From Laetmonice hystrix (lineage: Eukaryota), in contig OZ249442.1 in the NCBI GenBank assembly GCA_965235115.1, positions 18,910,001-18,974,000 of the forward strand: a stretch of DNA of 64,000 nt, read 5' to 3'. Positions 50,779-64,000 of the stretch are shown one piece after another. The notes under the pieces were generated by a model. The model worked only from the letters and a program-made list of their open reading frames with translations, was not told the origin of the DNA and searched no databases. A program made the translations under genes and the position numbers. Within the stretch, counting starts at the first letter, position 1; each line of letters opens with the position of its first letter.

Positions 50779-51767
50779 TGATTAATAACTTTAAATCAAC
50801 ATTGACTAGGTCTCCTACGAAGGTCGGACTTCCACATATGTCAGTTAGATTAAAAAATACGTCAGGCAGGAAATGTCTGGGGGTCTGGTTAGGACAATAC
50901 AAGTTGGGAACATTGGAACTGTACATTTTACCACTGTGAAATGATTTGAGTTGCTCTTTATCCGTATGTGTGCTGCACCTAAAAGGATTAAAATCGAGTT
51001 CCTGCTTGCTTGACCTTCAATAGTCCCACAGAGCTCGTGTCCTCACAAATATGAAATCGCTAACAGTGGAAGCCAATTAGGGGGACATGGAGAAAGAAGG
51101 CGTCATCATATTTCCTGATGACAAGAGCTCTCAACACCTAGTTGATGAACCAAGGTAAAGCCCCACCTTAATGTAGGTCCTTCCGTCCCGGCATCAGGAC
51201 TCGGGGAACGGGTCAGTTAAAAATACAAACCACGGCCGACAGTCCCCACGGAGAGGAAGTGATACTCCAAAGAAACGGATGCAATTAGAAGGCCTGATGA
51301 AGCCGTGTATGGCCGTGTATAGCAGCAATGAGGAGCAGTGCCCCGCCAGGAATCCTACTTCCGGCGTCCTCAAACCGGTGTTTACCGCCGACCCACGTGG
51401 AGAGTTGGAGTCGGCGACAGGTAGCGTCGGTTGTAGCGGCGGCGGCGGCAGTCCGAGTGAGCGAGTTGGTTGGTGGCGAGGCGACCTTACTGGGGCGCTC
51501 ATCACGGTGGTGATTGTCGGCTCACACGGTAAAATAGAATGGACGAGATGTTCTGTATTAGTAACTGCTGAACTGACTCCCCAGAGCTGTCAGAGAATCA
51601 GTAGACAGTCTCACCTGTCGAAGGTGTAAAAAAGAAACTGATGTGGCGAGATTTTTACGATGTGGCACTGTTGTTTTATTTAAGTAGGAGCCTTTTGATG
51701 TAACTCCGACTTATTTGCGGAGATGGTTGTACGGAAAGGCGGGTGGAATAAATGGTAGTTATCCGGC

Positions 51768-51789
51768 GGGGGATGGGGCGGGGGTGGGG
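51768..51789 (+). other. Predicted four-tier G-quadruplex in the intron
   Basis: GGGGG-AT-GGGG-C-GGGGG-T-GGGG. Confidence 0.6.
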
Positions 51790-52508
51790 TAGATTAGGGC
51801 ATCTGTGGGCCGGGTTTAGAGCAACAGCCAACTGGTGACGGCTGGGGCACGATTCATGGGTGTGTTCATGTTTGAAATGTGGCTAGTTTGGATCCGCTGC
51901 CAGACGCATTAATTGAATGCAAATGGTGAGGATGAGATGTGTGACTCACGTGATGCTGACCAGTCGTGTTGGCAGCCAGCCTCTGTTCGGCATATCTGGG
52001 GCCTCGTTCACCATACAAACACAAATAGAGACCAGGCGGTTGGGGGGCTTAGTTAAATATTCAGCATAGTTACTAAGTTAACACACATTGCTGTAGGGGT
52101 TAACGTACTACCATACAGATTCTCCATGTCCCGAGGGCCATGCGGCTAATGGCAGGTGACTTGTGCACTTTTACCGTTCCCTTGTTAACGCCAGTCGCCA
52201 CGATGAGAAAAAATGTTGAACAATCAGTGAAGCAGCTTGAGTACATTTCCTGTTTGGCAGCCTGTCAATCACAAACTTCGATGGCACCTATTCAGACTGG
52301 AGGCGTGTCACAACACTTGCTCGCCTGTCAGGGGTCTCATTCAAAAAATGCATTGTCAATGTGTGGTATGCAATCAGATATATTGAGATAATTTTGAAGA
52401 GCTCTTGGTTTAGAAGAAAACTGTCAATGTATATCAGGCGATCTGGGGGTGGGACGGGATAGAAGCGGCGGTGGTGGTGGTTTTGTTGGCAGTTTACATC
52501 TTACCTCC

Positions 52509-52545
52509 AGCTAATGACCGAGTGCATTAGCTAATGACCGAGTGC
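52509..52545. repeat. 20-bp period tandem duplication
   Basis: agctaatgaccgagtgc at 52509 and again at 52529. Confidence 0.9.
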
Positions 52546-55500
52546 CGCCCTAACCTCCTGCCGCTTGTTACCACCAGGAGGATGACCGCCCCACCCCCCA
52601 TTTGTCCCGCCCCTGAAGGGCGTCAGCAACGTTACGTAATGGAAGCTGCCCAGCACACCTGGGAGGGCGGCCAGTATTGTACTTACCCCAGGGGGCACAA
52701 CCGCCCCAGTTTGGAAGTGCCCCACCCAAGCGCCACCTAACGCTCAAACCTAGAGTTTCTTATTGGCCTCCGCTACTTACCGTCAGTCAGGGCCGTGCCA
52801 AGAAGTCAGTCAGGTGTCGTCCTTATCGACACTTAGCGCGTTCAGGTGACCCTGGGTCTGGCTGTCCTTCTCAGGACATTGAGACGTCCGACCTGGTGGC
52901 TTCCAGTCCGATGTTTGAGGTTCACAAGGTATCTGGAAGCTTGAGGTCAATAGATCAGTGTCAGTATTGACGGGGGTGAGCTGCCTAACTTTGACCTCTG
53001 TCGGGCGGGCATGTTACGCACGCATTTCGCTGCTTTACGTAAGACAGGAGATCGTTAGCGAGTAATCCTCGTGGCTAATGGCAGTATTTAGGACGGGGGT
53101 CTGTAGACATTTACATGCGTCCCAGGATGGATGGGTGGGAAGAGCTGGCCCTGCCGTGTACAAGCTGACAGAACGAGCAAAGTCTCGTATGTTGAGTTGA
53201 AACATGGGATGTCCAGCTCAAAGCCTCCTTATTTGATAGATCCCATAATAAAACAACAAATCGTACCCTGGTTTACGAAAAAAGGCGAACATTTTTATCT
53301 CCCAATAATCCAAAGAGTATATTCGCTCAAAGTCCATCTATTGGTTCAGTATGGCACGATTTTACTGTTGTTATGAATTACCCAGAAAATTAGAGAGTCA
53401 AAGCTAACATACAGTATTTGTCGCCAGAGTGCAATAAAAGCAGGTAATATCAGCCCTAAGGGTTGAGTTGTAGAGGAGAAGCAACCAATTTGTGCATGCC
53501 CAAGTCTCAGTTCGTGGGTTCTATTCTTGCCGCACAGATGCAGGTCATTGAGTCGCCGCCAATTACAAGTCCTTGCCGTTGTTGGCGTCACCATCAAGAT
53601 GGCAGAGGCCGATAACTGGTAGAAGTTAATCACAGTCCTCTGGTCAGAGCCTCCCCAGCGAGTCTTTCTCCCAGCGCTGCAGGGTTTTCAATTGTCCTTC
53701 ACAGCTTATGCAATGTTAGACGCACCGTACTTGGCCAGCTTTTAATCCGTCTGCGAAAACTTAGGCCCACCAAATCGCCATTGTCTCTCGTAAAAGTGAC
53801 ATCGCAGAAAAATATATTCGTCAGGGGTGTCAGAGGAGGTAAGCTCGTGGCGGGTGGATGGGGCCGGGTAGGTTTAACACGGCCTTGTGGGGTTTACACC
53901 AGACTCGGCCGGATTAAGTACCCGCTACCAGTAACGGGGCCCGCTCAATCCTCCCTCGTGAAAAAGGCAAGATAACAGAAAATTGACAACCGCTCCATTT
54001 TGTTTCCTGTAGGTGTAATTGAAGAGTATCATTTCGCTGAAAATGAAGAGATTAAACCGAGCGTTTAAATTAAAACGCTTGAAAGTGAGAGTGTGTTTGT
54101 GTGGGAAGATTAGGAGTCCGGAGCCGTCAGTTGAACGTTTGATGTTGGTGTGTGTGTGTCTGTGGGCGCGGCTAGTCTAGTGTTACTTGTCCAGCCTTCG
54201 TGGGGGTGTTGGGCTAACCTACTGACAAGGACAGGTGCTCCCTTAACTTGCGGAATGTGGTGTCAGGGAGAAAATAAAGAAAGATGACACTGCATAGAAG
54301 CTGATGATGATTTTCTAGAGTGTCAAGTTGCAGGTGGGCTTTCAGCTCTGATTTTTCACATTATTGCCCCCCAGCCAACACACAAACATAGATGTAGGTG
54401 AAGTCCTTGCTGTCATTAATGCCAATATGTACCTGGATGTTTGCTCGGAAACCAGTCTTTTGTGAAAACAAGGTCCGTCTGTTTGATAACACTTCATCAT
54501 GTGAAATAGATGGGCACCGAAACAAACAGTGTGCATTAGTAAAAGGAAACTTCACCCAATCTGCAAACAAAATATCAATACCCCCGCCTACAATGGCTGG
54601 CCCACTGGGACCGTGTTTACCAGCCAGCTTTTGAGGGCAGTGCCCCTGCTTGACTAGCTCCATTCTGACGGCCAAGTTAACTTTGTCACACCTTTGAACG
54701 CGCGGCACCGCGCATTTCACGGTCGGGTGCCCAGGAACAAGGCCCCCAGTGGAGCACGGGGCGTCATGGCGGGGCTCTCTTCCTCTGGTATTCTGAGACT
54801 CCCAGATCATACTCTTTGATAGGTTTTGTTTCCATCCGCCTCCACAGTACAGTAATTTACTCATTAGGATCACTGAGTGACGTAAGAAGGTGAAGGCAGA
54901 CAGTGTCCTAAGGCGACTCCACTCATTCAGTGCTCGTTTGGAGACGGGAAGCTGCATGGGAGTCTGCGGAAACAATAAGAGCACTGTGGCTATTGTCTGC
55001 TAAATGTGCATCTCTATACGACGGAATGCTTTTAAAACTTGGTCACCAGCGACATCCAAAATGTTGGCTGACACATCGAAACCGATTTACGATCAAGTCG
55101 CCAATAAAATAGGAATAACAATGCAGTGGTCATTCTTGTTCGCAGTGATGCAGATCATGCTTGCATAAGATCTGAGCGTATTATTTTATAGAGCAAAGAA
55201 ATTATTCTCTTTTCTAACATATATTTGAAGTAGAAAATATCTTTTGAAATCTCCGCTTCTGAGAAGTCGCACACAAATCGCTCACAGTAGAAATGTATAT
55301 GTTGGGAACGTGTACGGTATCCATGCATGCTGCTACCAGCACCGACAGCCTGCATGGCTGTTAGACCCGATAATAACATTTTGATGTCACATACACTTTT
55401 AAAGGTTCACTCCTGAAAGGTATCACTTGAATTCTGAATCAGGCTTGTCACAGATGGGGCAGAATCAGTGTCTAGGTCAAGTAGAGATCATAGTACACCA

Positions 55501-58500
55501 CCCTTTAACTGGCTTCATCAAGGCCAACAGAAGTGTATGACCGGCGGTCAGTAATGACATAAGGGGGTCCTGGGGGACCACCAACCGGCCGCCGATGGCC
55601 AGCACACATAATGGTCAGTCAGCAGGCTCTGGTCCTCCAGGTATTCGGTGACCACTAAAGGTTGGCTGTATAACCCAGGTCTGATTGCAATCAAACCAGT
55701 GGCGGCGTTCGTAACGACTTGACGACATTATGACAGGTCTCCCCACAGGGGGAGCCACGTTCATAGAGACGTCTTCTTCATGTGAGACGTTCCTGGCTGG
55801 CTGGGAGTTGGAGAGATATTGTTGTAAGTCTTTACGTTTAACACCTTCAATACAAGGTACCTTTATGTGTACCTTGGGTACCTTCATGGAAGATCACTTG
55901 ATAGAAATAGTCGTATATACAATGATCCTGCAGGGAGGATAGATGCTGGAGTAATTATTCTGAATGTGTCATAATCTTTTTGTATGTTTGACCCTGAAAA
56001 CCTCGAGGAAGAATCAGGGTTGTAATCTCCTATGACTGACGTCCTTGATATCCGCGGTGTTGTGTTGTACATTGAGTACCGTCGTGGGAGGGCAGAGAGT
56101 CTGCTGTCCCGATACCGTGACGTGAAACACGTCTAGCCGCGCCTCAACTCGTAGCTTTGGTTGCGGTGAGGTGATACCTGTTAGTAATAGGTCGCTGTGA
56201 CAGTGCTCGGTCGGCCGTGACCTTCACCTCGGCCCAGTCGACCTTGGTCGGCGTGAGGTGCCGTGCCGTGTCATGCTGTGGTCAGTTGTCGTAACATGGT
56301 GCTACCGGTGGACAACGCCCTCTGTCCGGGCTGTCCGCACGGGCCAACCACCCATCTGCGGTATCAGTCATCCATGGGACTTTGGTGATTAAGACTGGTC
56401 CAGCTTCCTAATTTCAATTGTATTGTGGGTAACTTGACTTTAAGTTTTACGGTCTAATATGTATTTGGGGTTGTCTGTTTATCGGGGAATGTTTGTGTTT
56501 TCATTACTCGTTTTGAAATGCGAAATTTATATTTCAGAATTAAGCAAAATTCAAGTTTAAGCATAGGATGTAATACAGGAATTTTCTGGGGGAATTATAT
56601 TACTGATACCTCGAAGACTTTTTCCAGGCCGTCATCATTGCAAGCATACGTGCAGCCATCTTTTGAACAGACTCATTCTAATACTGGACGAAGCCATCAC
56701 CGGCCCAGCCTCTCGACTGCCCCCACCAGACAACATTACACAGTAGCTTCATTTTTGGAATTAGATTAGGCCGGGAATGTATTAAAAAATGGCTGTGTGC
56801 TGTATGAATTAGTGTTGGTGCTGTGCATATTGTCATAATTAAGTTTGGGCTGATGCTGGGCCAAGTGCCTGTGGGCGGCCCCTTTTGTATCTGCTGGCCA
56901 CAGCTGGGTGGACTATGACTTACAGAGAGGCAAGGATTTCTTATTTCCAGTGCCAAGCAAGGGTCAGCTTCATTAACACCCTGCATGAAAAATGGTGCCA
57001 GCAGATGCATATCATTAGGGCGAGATTTGCTACCTCGGGCCATGGTGCGTCTTACCGCCCCCTGCTTCCAGCCTCAAGTCCTAATCCTCGCTCTCAAGTG
57101 GTCTCCACTGATTTGGCTCAGCGCGGTTTGGGGGTCGCTCTTGAAAGGGGTGTGTGGGTTGTCAAGCAATCAACCCCCATGCTCCTCGTTTTTTCGTCTT
57201 CCTTTGGTCATATGAGTGTTCGATTTGCATACCTCATTGCTGAGGGCCTGCTGTCCATTATGCATTAGTAGTCGGGTCCAGCATGCAGCCTTGCAGGTTG
57301 TGGAGTGGCACTGCTAATTAGAGCGGCTGGTCAGCTGGGAGATGCCTCTCAAGCCGTGGGTTATGCACAAATTTCCCCTCTGCCAGCATCAGTTTGGCTT
57401 CATCGAGCCACAGGGTCTAGAAGGTGGCAGCAAGGCAAGCTCTGTTAAATTTCGTTCTTAGTGCGGGTGGCCTAGTTCATTAACACTAGCCAGCTTGTGG
57501 TGTGGCCTCTGCATAAATAAGCCACGACACTTTTTTTGTGTTGAAACGGAGGTGTATGGCCATGCTTCAGTCGAAGCTAATCAGATTGCCATGGCTGAGC
57601 AGGGTGTGCCAGGACAAGACCATCCCCCCCGGGTCTTTTCTTTGACCCGGCCGGAGAGATGGCTCACAGGCGGCCTCCACACTCCCCAAGGCAGTGGCCG
57701 AAAGGTACACACAGAAAAAAAGGACAACTGAAGCACATTTAGGCTCCTTTTTATTGCGCGTGTAACACACATTATATTAAAGTGATTAAAATTGGGCTTG
57801 TTGCATGGAATGTCCCTGTATTCGTTCGAGGAGAGACACCAAGGTAAAAGGGAATCCCGCAGGGTCGTAACACCGGTGGGTCCATAATGTTACTGGGTAA
57901 TTTTGGAACTTTGGGCAAATTAAAACTTTGTCTTTGTCCACTTCGGATGAGGTGGTAAGAAGAGCAACACAAAGTCATTCAAATATACCAACAGAAACGT
58001 TGTCTTTTAGCAGTAAACTCACTCTTACGGTACTGAGAACTGAAGATATGTACTTGCCTATTTCTGGAGTTTCTCATCGCGCATTTGTCGTTGTGCATTA
58101 CGGATCTGTGATGTATCAGTTTTTGTTTATCAGTTGATGTATCAGTTTTTGTATAGTTTTTGTATCGTGCCTATGATTGGATGTATTTGAATCTGATGAA
58201 AGGACACGCATGTACAGATTGTCCTTCGCGTTCCGAAGAAAGTACAGGTATACGGGCCAATACGATATGCCTGAATATGTTCTTTAGTGTACTGGATACG
58301 AAATGAAATACTAAGTCAGAAGTGACATTCGACATAATCGTGAATGTGCACGTTAGCTAAAGTGTCACCATTTCTTCAGGCTGCTGCAATTTGTCATTCA
58401 GAGTATCAACCTGGAGAGAAATGATTTTCTTGAGGACTCAAGTCTTGCATTATAGTGAATGGAGAGTTCCATCCCGAGTGACGTCTTTTATAATGAAGTA

Positions 58501-61500
58501 AATACAAGGAGTTCTAGTGCCAACAAATTTCTAACAGAGTGCACTAGAAACATATTGTTTTCTTGCTTTGCCCGCAGCTTCAATGAGAGCAAAGACTGCA
58601 GTAATGTTATGTGATATAGGGCCCAACAACTGTACAGAATTTGAGCTGGGAAAAAATGAGGCAAGTTGACGGTGCGGGAGGCTGATTCATTTCCGCGAAG
58701 AAGCCTGCTTTTGTGCTAAGGATCATGGAATGTGTGTGACACGGAGGCGACTGTTGATGTAATATGGCGGCCAGCATTACGTGAAACACTCCGCACCACC
58801 TCTCCCTCAAATGACTCCCATTGAGTTTTTCTCTCAAACACACAGCCGGTAGTTTTTGCAGCAAGGCCAAGATGTCTCTAATAGATGAATATCCGAATAT
58901 CTGCAGTTGGAAGTCTGCAGGAGAAAGAAACAGCTGGGCTCCGTGAACTATAAGTTGGTTGGAAAACTGACATATATCGAAGACGGCAGCTTTAGAAAGG
59001 AAAGCCAGCCTGGATTGCGAGAGACTTGTAAGAAGAGATCGAATATCTAGATTTTATATTATGTCTGCACGCTACCTTCCGGCATGCATCTTCCGTACAC
59101 AGCTAGTAATCGTCAAGTTTTTGGCTGTATGTTTCAAGGAAAGACGAAAATAGGCGCCGATCTTTTTTTTGTTGTATCCTATGTAGCTGTTGCTTGATGA
59201 AAGCATGGCCAACCTCACAAGAGTCCAGTGCTCTGCGATCAGAGGCCATGCATCCGAACACACAGAAAAGCAGCTTAGCACATTATTGTGAAACTGCTAA
59301 TTTGCTGTGGAGGAATCTTTAATTATTCACCGGGGCAGGGTGCAGTGGCACCGGTGGCCTTGTTTGGCTGAGCTAAAACTAAGACGCCACGGCCCGGTGT
59401 AGTGCGGAGGCAATGAGCATTTGAGCGTGCTCACTTTTGCCGCTTGGTGCTAAAGCAATCAGGCACAAGGACCAGGCAGTGGGACCGGTGTTTGATGGCC
59501 GCCTGATTGGATTGCAGCACTGAGGTCCACACCTCCAGTTGAGGTTCACACCGCACACAAGCACAGCCTTTTTCATTCTAATTTGCTTACCGGCCACAGC
59601 TTGCTCAGCAAGGTTACCAAAAGCTTTCCTTTAATTTGATAGCGCCAGCTACAGCCAGCCAGAGTCTTAACCCGAGCTGGGTTTGACAGTGTCGGTCTGG
59701 CTCTCACTGAAGACTTTTATGCGCTTTGGACTCTTTGAGTAGTGAAGGTTTTTTCTTCACCTGTTGCTGTTGTGTCCCCATCATGAAGAGGCAGGGTCTG
59801 ATGAGTTGGACCCAGTGGGGGAATCTGCGGGAAGTTAGGAGCACCGGGGCGGGGTGGAGGGTTGCTGGGAGGGAGGGGTGGGGGTGGGGGGTGACCTCCG
59901 GGATAGGCATCTTTCTGGTGGCCAGGGTCCAAGGTCACAGCCACTTAAAGGCAGGGCTGGACAGTGACTGACCAACAACGCACGCATACACGCACATAGT
60001 AGTGACTGAACAACGCACACGCCTTGTGGAAATGACAAGAATTAGTGCAAGAATCAACATCCGCCATGGAAATGAGCCAATCTCTAGATGAGAATCAGTC
60101 GACTGTCTCTGATTGGCTCGGCAAACTAGAGACAAGAGAGGGGACACAGGAGGATTAATGATCACGGCTAAGACTAAAGCAGATCAGCACGGACCAAGCA
60201 GGCAATCTGGGATTGACCTGCCTGCTGCGGAAAGACACGTCATGTGCCCCGAGACCTGTCCTCGTCTAGGTAGGTTTCTTCACAACATTGGAAAGGGGTG
60301 TGGTTGTGGAAAGGGTGGCATCGGTTACTTATTTTTCCTAAAAAAAGAACTTTCAAAAGTAATGGAAAGTACAAAAAGTAGTTTATGTCGTTATGAATTT
60401 AGGTGTCATTGTCAAACAGGAAGGGTTTTTCTTCTATTGAAACTCGATTTCTAAAGGTAATGTGACACCTTCTTTTTGTGTGCACTGATTGTGATCTTTA
60501 ATAACTGACGATATCAGTGTATCTGACGTCACCAATCATATTCACACAAGTTACTTATCAGGCAGGGAATCAAGCATTGGCCCCGAGATGGTCACCCATG
60601 ACAGTGCGATAAGGTCAGGCTGGCCTTTGTGCTCATTTTCTCCTACCTCTTTTAGCCGAGGCGTCATGGTCGGTGCCCGGTTTCTTTTTTGATGAAAGCG
60701 GGGGCTAGAGACAAAACTACAGCGGAGTAAGTGACCTGCTAAACCGGCGGCCCCGCGCCGAGCGACACGGTGACCCCTGCTCAACACCCTCTCCGTGACC
60801 CCTAACCCCAGAACACAGACCCCAAGTCAGGCCCCCTTAATGTGCCCTCCCCCACCGCCGCCGACCTTTGTTCCACACAAGTAATGGATTTGAAGAATCA
60901 GACAACTGTGAATGCTTTTCATTTAGTGCGCCATGAGCGTTGGACAAGAACACTGACGGAATGATAGATCTATTTTTGGTATTAATTAGTTTACGTTTAG
61001 AAGAATTTCAAACACTTAGGGCCCGGAAATAGCTTCTTCATATATGTCTGTTCGCTGCAGTTTTTGACACTTATTGTGTTGGCTGTTACTTCCTGATTAA
61101 AAAATTATTTAATTGCATTTTGGAGGTGGCTGTGTTTGGTCTATGTCGCCATCTCGCATATATATGATTGATTTTTAAATTACACCGACAAAAGAACAAG
61201 GCTTTCTTTGGCAGTTGCGATATTTTCTGACTGCTGTGTTGGTGGAGTATTTTGTAGAGGGAGTGTGGTTTGATGGTCGGACAGGTTGTGGTCAGGGCCC
61301 AGTTACTCAGGGACTCTGTGCGACCCCATAGGTCCAGACAAATGACCTGTTGGTTTATTGATCGTCGGAGCAGCGCCTCGAGCCCTGGTTTGTAACATCA
61401 GACCTCAGTTGTTGGACTCGAGTGTAACAGACATTCTTTAAGTATTGCTGGACCCCCAGGAATGGGGTTGTTCATAACACGGGCAAACGAGCCTGCCTGG

Positions 61501-64000
61501 CTATATTGTTTGTTGGCTATAAATAGGTCAGTAATTTTCTCTCAGAAAGAGCTGAGTAACCATGTGACTAGGGTTTGAAAGTAGGCACCTATGCAAATGT
61601 CCCGAGATCAGCAGGTTCATACCCGACTGTGTTATCAGCTGGGATTTAACTGATGGCATGAGGCCTAATGAGCACCTAGCTTTATATAACGTTACGCAAG
61701 AAAGGCTTTACTGAAAGCCTCTGGTCGAAACGCTGGAATGTTGAAAGACTAAAAGCAGTGCCCAATTGTTTGTGTGTGTTCGTTTCCAACACTGGACAAA
61801 CGAAGGTGAATAATTGGGCAGCAGGCTAAAACATTGTGTGAGCACCACTATTCACAACCCGAGTCATTCTACGCAAAGGCCAAAACAAAACACTTCTTAG
61901 CCGGCACATAATCTTTGCTCATTTGTGTTGGCACATAGTCTTAATCTTTTGGCACTTCTGACCTGTTCATTCAGGCTGGCTTGCAATTAATTTTCCAACC
62001 AAGGTTGGACTCATTAATATATATTGTCCATTGTGTGGCTGCCATTGGCGTGGCACAACAGCCCCACTTGGTGGTAGGGGTTTTTCTTTATAATTGCTTT
62101 TAGCCGAAGCCTGGTAACAATGTGCGCTTGCAGTATTCACAGGACTAATTTGGACCTCAAGAAATGAAAGCAGTGCAATGAGCAGGCACGTTGAGCAATT
62201 AGGACTGCCTGTTTCCGCCTGCTTTATGCTTTGGTAAGTTCATTTTCCTCAGAAACTTGCTAAATGGTCGGGGAAATCCTCATCAAATTGTTATGAAAAT
62301 AACAGTTTCTATTAGCACGGCAAATGAGAACTTCACTGTTTCCTATTAATCATTGTGCCGGGTGGATTTGTATGTATATTCACGGCATGCTTTTATAACT
62401 GCATTATGGAGTGGTGAATGTACGTAGCTCTAATGTTGTTAATGGGATTAATCAAGACTTCAGAGAGCTGCCGCACATTGCTTCAGCAGAAGCTCTGCCT
62501 TCCCTCGTGCCTTCTAAAGGCAGCCATTCTCGAGGTGGCACTTTTAAGTAGCAGCCTCACTACAAGCTTGGCAGTATTCATCCAGCATGATAATGCCATT
62601 GCAGTTTTTTGTCTGTTGCAGATGCAGACGGAAACAAAGCAGTGAGAGAAGTTAATAGGGATTGCACTGAGAGACACCAGAGAATAGGCCAGCCTCGGTG
62701 GCTGAGCACCCTCTGAGCTGTGTTAATTCGCACTAATTGATATGTGCCAGTGTCATAGGCAGGCGGTAAAAAATGGGGGTGGCGGCGGGGATTGAATAAT
62801 ACTAGCAAGATTGTCACATCTCCCTCCCCTTTTATTTCATTAAATCTCATCTCGGATTCTCAAGGTGGAAAAAAAGTACCGCCTCCTGCAGTTGAGGGAG
62901 TAAAACTAAAGACGCGGCAGCAGCAGAGACAAAAAGATTTTCCCGGCAGATAAACTGGAGTCAAATCATTTTTTTCTTGCGGTTGTTCTATTCATTTACC
63001 CATCTGAGTGCGCTGAGGAGATACAATGGGTAGTGATCCGTTGGGTGCGGGGAGATAAACTTGAGCCGAGTCAGGTCCGTCCTAGTACTTGGTTTTTCTC
63101 CTCCATTAATTGCACAGGGTTGTGCCTTTAAGTAGAGCCAGATCAGAGCCCAGCCTTGCGTGGACCTATTTAATGTTTAACATTCAAGACGCACTGGCTG
63201 TGCCAGAAAAATTGATTTGGTGCAGGATGAGTGCATTTTTTGATCGGTTGGAGGTTGTGTGATGATGTGATAGGTGGGGACACAGAGGCCCAACTCCCCA
63301 CGGTCGGTTATCTGTGTCCCACGGGGTGGAGCAGCTAGGGCAGCCCGCCTCATCTGAGCATGCCCGCTGACCTCGGGGTCGACGCCGAGGGACCAAGATG
63401 GCGGAGTGCCCCCTTCACAATTTGTAGCGTTCTGATACAGGCCAGTGGCGCGGAAAACTAATTAGACTCAGGGAGGAACCCATGATGGGGAGGCATCCCA
63501 AGTTAGCGTCAAAATGTCATATCTCAATTATGAATTTGACCCGATAACCCCGCCAACATATGATATGCGGTCACATGGTGAGGAAATCGATTGGCTGTCA
63601 TCCCAGGCTGTCCGTGATGTAAATTGATTATCCAATGTTTCTTGGGGCCGGGTGTTTGCGTTGGTCAGGATAAGACCTAACCGACATAACGGAGATGACC
63701 ATACGGACCGGCACGTGACCGTGTCCAGCGGTGACCATCACGACGCTGAGAACAGCGACAAGCCGACGCCGCCACCCTGACAGCTGCCTCTACCCGACCT
63801 CCCGGAGTCGGTCAAGTCGAGTGGTCACGGGTGGGGAGGTGGGAGGTGAGGGGAAGAGCCCAGTACGGGTAGTGAACTGGGATCTCCTCCTGTCCATCCA
63901 GGAGAGTTCTCGAACATTACGGCCCGGGTGTATGTTTCTCCGTGGGCCCTGCCCGCCTGCCTGCCTACTTGTCTGTCGGAGAGCATGTCGTGAGTGAGGG

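Larger units (their letters stand above)
50773..64000 (+). other. Intron of the ZFHX gene (>13 kb, runs off the window)
   Basis: Follows the consensus donor. No downstream ORF in 50773-64000 shows zinc-finger or homeodomain sequence. Confidence 0.8.

Noticed and set aside
47501-50926. Minus-strand and alternate-frame ORFs overlapping the ZFHX exon (e.g. 49146..49721, 191 aa)
   Set aside because: These are shadow ORFs caused by codon bias and the CAG/CAC repeat of the real gene.
50773-50939. C-terminal ~55 residues of the 1311-aa ORF-track call
   Set aside because: This is read-through into the intron past a perfect CAG|GTAAGT donor, and the sequence is not ZFHX-like.
54361-54984. 207-aa minus-strand ORF in the intron
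   Set aside because: It has no recognisable domain or compositional signature. Roughly one ORF of this length is plausible by chance in 64 kb x 6 frames.
58193-58235. CTGATGA followed by a 7-bp stem (AAGGACA/TGTCCTT), hammerhead-like
   Set aside because: The required GAAA after stem II is absent (CGCG instead).
61703-61750. Possible Penelope-type minimal hammerhead ribozyme (ctgaaag...cgaaac)
   Set aside because: The core reads CUGAAAG rather than CUGANGA and stems II/III are poor. The bases are better explained by a simple AGGCTTT-actg-AAAGCCT hairpin.
63731-63997. GC-rich ORF as the next ZFHX exon
   Set aside because: There is no zinc-finger or family similarity in any frame and no convincing acceptor.

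Overview
This is eukaryotic (bilaterian invertebrate, probably lophotrochozoan; the taxon is an inference) genomic DNA and is almost entirely non-coding. The only protein-coding sequence I can support is one very large + strand exon (46954-50772, 3819 nt). It carries the start codon (47004) and the first 1256 codons of a ZFHX3/ZFHX4/zfh2-family zinc-finger homeobox transcription factor, with about 10 zinc fingers; the homeodomains lie beyond the window. The ORF-track call 47004..50939 runs past the real GT donor at 50773. The ~47 kb upstream and ~13 kb downstream look like the regulatory desert/introns of this gene. They contain minisatellites (16-bp x19, 47-bp x~7), microsatellites, a 154-nt pyrimidine tract, a 207-bp MITE with telomere-like CCCTAA repeats, a HINE/Helentron-like element, and several strong motif matches (two RFX X-boxes, a convergent CTCF pair, three CCAAT boxes spaced exactly 30 bp apart). 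I found no tRNA/rRNA, CRISPR array or intact transposase, and no clearly new multi-gene system. The best leads are within the ZFHX gene. (i) The exon appears to equal vertebrate exons 2+3+4 fused, with a latent internal acceptor at the position of the vertebrate exon 2/3 intron, which could allow an ATBF1-B-like short isoform. (ii) There is a tandem pair of CtBP-type PxDL motifs. (iii) There is an in-frame 5-codon uORF overlapping a consensus donor. Vertebrate comparisons are from memory and need alignment. Motif calls are sequence matches only.
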